Assembly (NCBI GenBank): GCA_026003175.1
Contig: BPGT01000001.1
Coordinates: 408,839 to 472,838, forward strand
Source: Armatimonadota bacterium
Lineage (GTDB): Bacteria; Armatimonadota; HRBIN16
Length of the DNA: 64,000 nt
Direction of reading: 5' to 3'
In this document: positions 58,326 to 64,000 of the stretch, piece after piece
How positions within the stretch are numbered: the stretch's first letter is position 1
Layout: each line of letters begins with the position of its first letter
Program-made: the position numbers and the translations under genes
The notes under the pieces: generated by a model
Databases searched by the model: none
What the model saw: only the letters and a program-made list of their open reading frames with translations
Told to the model about the DNA's origin: nothing

Positions 58326-60841
58326 CTGCTTGTAGTCTTCGCGCTTCTACTACCCTCTGCTTATGCCCAATATAACCCTGCATCTTTGTGGAGCGTAGAG
58401 TACTGGTTTGAAACAGAATCTGGAACTCAGCCCGGGCACCTGAACGTCACCCTGCAATGGCCTCCACTGTTTACTGAGAGCTACCAGAACCCTCCTTACA
58501 GGAACTGCTGGCATCAAGTACGTATCGACAACAACTCACAAGGGCGGGAGTATCACGCAGTAGCAAGCGGAGTCCTTAACGACCGGCAAACAGCACCGGA
58601 GGTCGTACAATGCTTTACGGCTGGGTTCATACCGCATCGGTGCGCTCAACAGCACTACTTATCAATACCAGTACCTGGAGAGGCAAAACGGTGAGCCGCG
58701 CAAACTGCGCATCACCATCCAGCCGCAGGGCAAGCCCGCGTCTACTCTGACCTACTTCTTCGCCACGAAGACAGAACCGCCCTATGAAGAAACCGGCATG
58801 TTCTCCAAAGTGGAGTACGTTCGCCCGTCTCTGTCGCACTCAGGCAACGAGCGCACGGTGTACTCCTTTGACGCCGATGGACGGGTGACCAGCGTCGCTT
58901 ACTATCGCTACGAGAACGATACCCAGCCAGCATGGACGGAAAACTACACCTACCTTCCTAATGACGCCGATAAGGTCACCCAGTACACCGACCGTGGGGG
59001 CAACGTGTGGCAGTTTGGCTACACGACCGTTGGTGAGGCAAACCTGCTTAACAGTATTACCGACCCGACAGGCGTGCAGACCACTATCGTATGGCGAAGT
59101 GAGCACCCTGACCGCCTCCTGGGGCACGGCCCTGCAATACCTCTACGACCAGGCAGGGCGTCTGACCGGCATCCTTTACAACGGCGTGACACTCGCGCAG
59201 TATACTTACGACGGCGCGGGAAGACTGCTTACGCAACAAGTGTACCCCCTGGGAACGAACAACACCTTGCTCACCACCATCCAGTACGCAGACAGCCAGT
59301 CGGTGGGCGCGGTAGGGCTGATACAGCACTACTTCAACGGCAATCTCATTGCACAGTATGACTATCGAGGCACGGGCGCCAACGACCGCGGCTACTACCC
59401 CGACGGCACCCTGCGCAAAGCGATGGAGCAGGTGAGCGGTGCACCTTACCGTGAGTGGATATGGGACTACAACCCTGACGGTTCCCTGCAGTATGAACGC
59501 CTGAACGGCGCAACCACCAGCTTCGCCTACGACCAGGGAGGCAACCTGACCAGCTGGGGCAGCGCGACGGGCTGGCAATACACCCAAAACCGCCTGACCG
59601 CCGTGACCTCGCGCAACTGGACGTTCACCTACAACCTCAACGGCAACCGCGCAACCGCGAACTGGAACGGTACGGTGCATGGCTACGCCTACGATCCGTT
59701 CGGTAACCTGATTGTGGTATCGGGACCCACCAGCTACCAAGCGGTGTATGACGCCTTCGGGCGGCGCACGTGGTATGAAACGCCCGACGGCGAGCTAACA
59801 TTCATCTATGACGGAGACACTTTGCTTGGGGAAGCCGACCTGGATGGCTATCGCGCGGTGTACATCTGGGGCTTGCTGGGTCCGATTGCCCGCATCGACT
59901 TGCGCTCCCCGGCAGGAACGCGGTATTATGTGATGGATGGTCTGGGTCACACCCGTTTGCTCCTTGACAGTTCAGGCAACATCACCGACCGCTACAGTTA
60001 CGACGCCTGGGGCAACCCGATAGAGCAGGCTGGCACCGCCTTCAACCCCTTCCGCTGGAACGGCGCGTACGGGTATGAATGGACGCCCGCCACAGGCTTA
60101 TACCATGTCGGCGCAAGGGAGTACGACCCGCGCACGGCAAGGTGGCTCCAACGCGATCCGATAGACGCTTCTTCAGGCGACCCGAACCTGTATCGGTATT
60201 GTGGGAATGATCCCCTCAACATGGCAGATGACGGAGGAAAGGACTGGTTCAAGAAGACAGAGGACGGAATCTGGATAGGGCCTTTCCTTTTCAACAGTGA
60301 GGTTGTGTCAGAAGGTCTCAAGACGGGGTTGGCAGCGGTTGGCGGTGTCTTCACTTTTGGCTTGTGGGATGGCGGCGCTTACAAAGATCAGCTGGGTTTC
60401 GAAACGAGCACTTTTTTGGCTGGGGTGGGGCGTGAGTGTTTGATTACAGCAGCGACTCTCGGTGTGGGAGAGTTCATATCTTCTGCGCGCGCGGTGAGGC
60501 AGGTTCAACAGGCGGCGAATAATGCACAGCGCATCGTAGGTTCTGGTCGTGGTGCTGCGCATGGGACGCGTGTTCATACGGAGTTCGCAAAGCAGGTACA
60601 ACAAATCTCGCGTGGACGAATCCGCGCTGAGGTATCCTACAGGAACGGTGTGGTGGTACCCAGAGGTTCCCGGGGCTCAGTACGGGTAGATGCGGTTAGA
60701 GGTCGTCTTGATAAGCCGAAGGAGATTTGGGATTTGAAGACAGGAGGTGCGCGGTTGACACCGAAACGGATTGAGCAGATACGACGGCATCTGCCCAAAG
60801 GTTGCGAAAATATTCCTATTCGGGAGGTACGCCCCAGATGA
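58326..60841 (+). pseudogene. rhs: RHS/YD-repeat polymorphic toxin, broken into three frames, with C-terminal PD-(D/E)XK-like toxin
   Basis: Signal-peptide remnant LLVVFALLLPSAYAQ; frame switches near 58600 and 59095; YD repeats; core YHVGAREYDPRTARWLQRDPI..NLYRYCGNDP; C-terminus GTRVH..E.SY..SVRVD..WDLKTG. Confidence 0.85.
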
Positions 60842-61506
60842 AAGCCAGCATTCTGATGAAGGCGGTTAGAAAACACATCCTACCTCTATTACCCAACTTC
60901 AGGTACAAACCGACGACGATTCTATACGCCACGCCAGTGGAGATGGTGCTTCGTGCCTTCTACTTTCAAACCTCCTATCTGGACAGGGAAGCCTTCACGG
61001 TATGGGCGTTCGCTCAACCACTCTATGTGCCCTGTGATCACTTTGTGTTGAATATTGGTAAACGATTGGGATGGTTTCAACATGACAGAGACATCTGGTG
61101 GCGGTGGCGTCCAGAGGATAACGAGCTGGAGAAGCAAGTGATGCAGGAAATCTATTGGTATATTCAAAAGTACGGATTACCCTTTCTGGATAAGGTGGGG
61201 ACACCCGGTGAGGTGATTGAGTGGATTGACAAAAAGAGCGGAAATCCTAAGGATGTTTACTATCAAGAAATAAAAGCTTATTCATATATTCTGATTGGTG
61301 ATTATCGCGGTGCGCAGAAGATTTTGCCTCGCTTGTATACCGAGTTGCGTCAAGATGAGCCGCACTATCCGTGGATGGGGGAGATAGCGGAGCGCATCAA
61401 TCGGATGATGTCGTTGCTGGAGCAGTCATCGGAGGCGGCAGTGCAGCAACTGTATGAATGGCGCCAGTTTACTTTGACCCAGCTGCGCCTGGAGAAGGAG
61501 ATTTGA
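60838..61506 (+). CDS. putative immunity protein 1
   Basis: ATGA-coupled to the toxin, lower GC, YGLPFLD motif reminiscent of DUF4304-type immunity proteins. Confidence 0.7.
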   Translation: MKASILMKAVRKHILPLLPNFRYKPTTILYATPVEMVLRAFYFQTSYLDREAFTVWAFAQPLYVPCDHFVLNIGKRLGWFQHDRDIWWRWRPEDNELEKQVMQEIYWYIQKYGLPFLDKVGTPGEVIEWIDKKSGNPKDVYYQEIKAYSYILIGDYRGAQKILPRLYTELRQDEPHYPWMGEIAERINRMMSLLEQSSEAAVQQLYEWRQFTLTQLRLEKEI

Positions 61507-61582
61507 AGCGCAGGCAACGGCTATAGAGATGGCAAGCATATGCCATCAGCCAACACACCATATGTAGGACAGGACTATAGGC

Positions 61583-62293
61583 TTGTACCATGTCGGCGCA
61601 CGGGAGTATGACCCGCGCACGGCACGGTGGCTGCAAAGAGACCCGATAGACGCCGCCAGCGGCGACCCGAACCTGTATCGGTATTGTGGGAATGACCCCG
61701 TCAACCAAGTAGACCCAGACGGCACCGACTGTGACTACCGCAGAGTGCTGGATCTAGCAGGGTTTATCCCTGGGATCGGGGATGTCGCCGATGCCATCAA
61801 CGCGATTGGCTATGCGTTAGAGGGCGATTGGGTCAACGCAGGCATTTCGGCGGCTTCGGTAGTCGGGGCAGATTGGCTCAAAGCCGGTCGGCTGGCAAAG
61901 CGGGTCGTGCAGGAGGTGGTGGAGGAAGGGGCAGAGCAGGTTGCCAAACGGGAAGCTAAGAACGCCCTGCAGGAACAGGGGAAGAAACAGGCTTCCAACA
62001 GCCGAAAGGAGTTTAGAAAAGCTCGTGAGGAGTACTGGAAACGCGAGGCGCAAGAGAACCCAGACAAGTATTCACCTGAAGATTTGGAGCGCATGAGGCA
62101 AGGTAAAGCCCCTATAAGGGATGGAGAACCAGTGCATCTCCACCACAAAAAGCCGCTTTCCGAAGGTGGTCCTAATTGCCCTGAGAACCTAGAACCGATG
62201 ACAGGCAAACAGCACCGAGAGCGTCATAAGCAGCAGGGAGATTTCAGCCGTTGGGGAAAGAGAGGATTGGAGGAAAGGCGAAAGCGGCGATGA
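61583..62293 (+). CDS. orphan RHS C-terminal cassette: core tail + pre-toxin TG + HNH-fold nuclease
   Basis: Core repeat ending DPVNQVDPDG; LDLAGFIPGIGDVAD..YALEGDW; RMRQGKAP..HLHHKKPLSEGG.N..ENL...H...H. Confidence 0.85.
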   Translation: MYHVGAREYDPRTARWLQRDPIDAASGDPNLYRYCGNDPVNQVDPDGTDCDYRRVLDLAGFIPGIGDVADAINAIGYALEGDWVNAGISAASVVGADWLKAGRLAKRVVQEVVEEGAEQVAKREAKNALQEQGKKQASNSRKEFRKAREEYWKREAQENPDKYSPEDLERMRQGKAPIRDGEPVHLHHKKPLSEGGPNCPENLEPMTGKQHRERHKQQGDFSRWGKRGLEERRKRR

Positions 62294-63342
62294 ATAGGTG
62301 CTTAACCTGGGATGATGTTCTGACGCAGCTTCGCCAGCACTCAGGTGTCAAGCATGGGCTGGGCTGTGATGAATCCGCTATTCAAGCAGCTGAGCAAACA
62401 TTGGTGCTCTGCTTCCCTAACTCGTATAAGCAGTTCTTGTTATCTGTAGGATGGTTAGATCTTGAAGGCGACGAAATATTTGGACTTGGAACGGATCTTC
62501 CGGAACAGTATATGGATGTTGTCTGGGCGACCACTAAAGAAAGGGAGATTATCCACCTACCTGATTCTTTTATAGTCGTTAGCCAAACATACAGGGGCAA
62601 TCTAATCTGCTTGGATACGGCTGATATGCACGACCAAGAGTGTCCTGTCCTTTTTGTAAGCTTTTGCCCATCAGCAGATATAAAGATATTGGCAAACTCT
62701 TTCGTGGAGTTCGTGCGTGCTTGCCTTGCGTATGGAGCCGAGTACCTTACAGAAGCTTTGCTAAACGAGGCAGGCGAATCAATAAGCCCTCCAGATGTGG
62801 AGCCCGTGAGCTGGCGAGAACACCGACAAGTTCATTATGAAGACGCCCAGCGTTTATTTGAGCGATATCGCCATCGTGAGCAGTACCTTATCCAATGGGG
62901 TCAGATTGTCGGGCGTCCCTGGACTTCCGCTCCAATAGGCTTTGCGAAGGAAGCACGCGACTTTTTGCTGGCGCATTCGTGGTGTCGGACAGTGCGCTCC
63001 CTATCCTTGAGAAAATGGGTAGAAGGTATATTTGCCCTTTTTTACGCCGAGATTGAACCTGAACCAGGAAGCGGCGCAGACGAAGCGGTGTGGGTGATCG
63101 TAGGTGATTTGCCTCCCGCTTACATAGATGTATTTTCTGCGACGACGGCTCGCGAGGCGTTGGAAGCCTATATGGGGTTATTGGAAGAATGGGTTGAGGC
63201 GGTTCGTGTAGGTGAGCCGCTGGATGAGTTAATGCCGATTTACCACCGCTATTCGCTTGTTCCCGTGCCACCGACCTTGCGCTTTGCCGAAATGATGTCC
63301 TTACGGCTCCAGTTTTTGCAAGACCTACTAAACAATCTGTAA
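62290..63342 (+). CDS. immunity protein: SMI1/KNR4 (SUKH) domain fused to a second (DUF4826-like) domain
   Basis: I..AE..L...FP.SYKQFL, GNLICLD, LANSFVEFV; C-terminal VWVIVGDLPPAYI..AREAL..Y...W. Confidence 0.8.
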   Translation: MNRCLTWDDVLTQLRQHSGVKHGLGCDESAIQAAEQTLVLCFPNSYKQFLLSVGWLDLEGDEIFGLGTDLPEQYMDVVWATTKEREIIHLPDSFIVVSQTYRGNLICLDTADMHDQECPVLFVSFCPSADIKILANSFVEFVRACLAYGAEYLTEALLNEAGESISPPDVEPVSWREHRQVHYEDAQRLFERYRHREQYLIQWGQIVGRPWTSAPIGFAKEARDFLLAHSWCRTVRSLSLRKWVEGIFALFYAEIEPEPGSGADEAVWVIVGDLPPAYIDVFSATTAREALEAYMGLLEEWVEAVRVGEPLDELMPIYHRYSLVPVPPTLRFAEMMSLRLQFLQDLLNNL

Positions 63343-63422
63343 AAAACCTTATATAACCGTCTATTGGCACAGCTCTTCACTCGGAACAGGGCGTACGGGT
63401 TTAAGTATATCCTGCCACCGGT

Positions 63423-63980
63423 TTGTACCATGTGTGCGCACGGGAATACGACCCCCGCACCGCAAGCAAGGTGGCTCCAACCGGTCTGTATGCGCTGGAA
63501 GGCGACTGGACGAACGCCGCCATCTCTGGTGTAGGCGTTATTCCGATATTAGGCGATATTGCCAAAGTCGGTCGGTGGGTCAAGCGCGTTCAGGCTATCT
63601 CTCATGTGGTATTATATGAGCGCGCAGGCAGCAAAGCACTCAGGGCATTACGCCCTTCTGAGGAGGCGATTTGTGAGACATCTCGCGCTGCGCGTCGTGA
63701 GGCGATGAGACAGGCAGGGATACCCACGTGTCAGCAGCCTATCGCCCGGCGAGGGACGGCGAATAACTGGCAGTACGAGTATGAAGTACCTTTGCCAGGG
63801 GGCGGCATGGATAGGAAGGTTGTTACTCACCACCCTGCGGATACGAGTCATCCATATCCACATTGGGAAGCTTCCACCCCGAAGCGAGGAGGAGGGATTG
63901 ACCCGCTAGGACGCCTTCGTTATGACAATATGGACCGAATTTCACGCAAGCCCAAAGTGAAAGTTCCTTACAAGAGATGA
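63423..63980 (+). CDS. orphan RHS cassette 3 (internally deleted core + partial pre-toxin TG + predicted nuclease/RNase toxin)
   Basis: YHVCAREYDPRTA jumps to LYALEGDWTNAAIS; toxin SRAARREAMRQAGIPTCQQP..YEY..HHP.D.SH..PHWEA. Confidence 0.75.
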   Translation: MYHVCAREYDPRTASKVAPTGLYALEGDWTNAAISGVGVIPILGDIAKVGRWVKRVQAISHVVLYERAGSKALRALRPSEEAICETSRAARREAMRQAGIPTCQQPIARRGTANNWQYEYEVPLPGGGMDRKVVTHHPADTSHPYPHWEASTPKRGGGIDPLGRLRYDNMDRISRKPKVKVPYKR

Positions 63981-64000
63981 ATCACCAGAGTTACAGGGAG
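63977..64000 (+). CDS. probable immunity protein 3, N-terminus (truncated by window edge)
   Basis: ATGA overlap like the other two pairs; MNHQSYRE... Confidence 0.5.

Overview
GC-rich bacterial chromosomal window. The gene content (prepilin/DUF1559 H-X9-DG proteins, several URO-D-family proteins, GH106, GntR-LacI regulator) is suggestive of Armatimonadota, but this is an inference only. Core genes include comF, leuS, uppP, wecB, a wecA/tagO-like gene, a dCMP deaminase, glyA, rpiB, folB, ackA, gpsA and apgM. Accessory content: an ECF sigma / zf-HC2 anti-sigma / stand-alone tandem STN-domain module; a secreted Gly-rich fibre-like protein; a tetraheme cytochrome c-NrfC-NrfD operon; two prepilin/DUF1559 genes each followed by a tiny envelope protein; a type II R-M pair embedded between a DprA-like gene and sugar-catabolic genes; a MazF gene with a 26-30 aa antitoxin-like ORF; and, at the right end, a decayed RHS gene followed by an array of three toxin-immunity cassettes. 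Intergenic DNA holds several families of hairpin (REP-like) repeats, some wrapped in three different terminal-inverted-repeat envelopes, one of them with an intact 9-bp target-site duplication. Four genes outside the RHS locus carry a single frameshift or nonsense lesion. I saw no tRNA, rRNA, CRISPR array or transposase. All family calls come from motif recognition by eye; no database searches were run.
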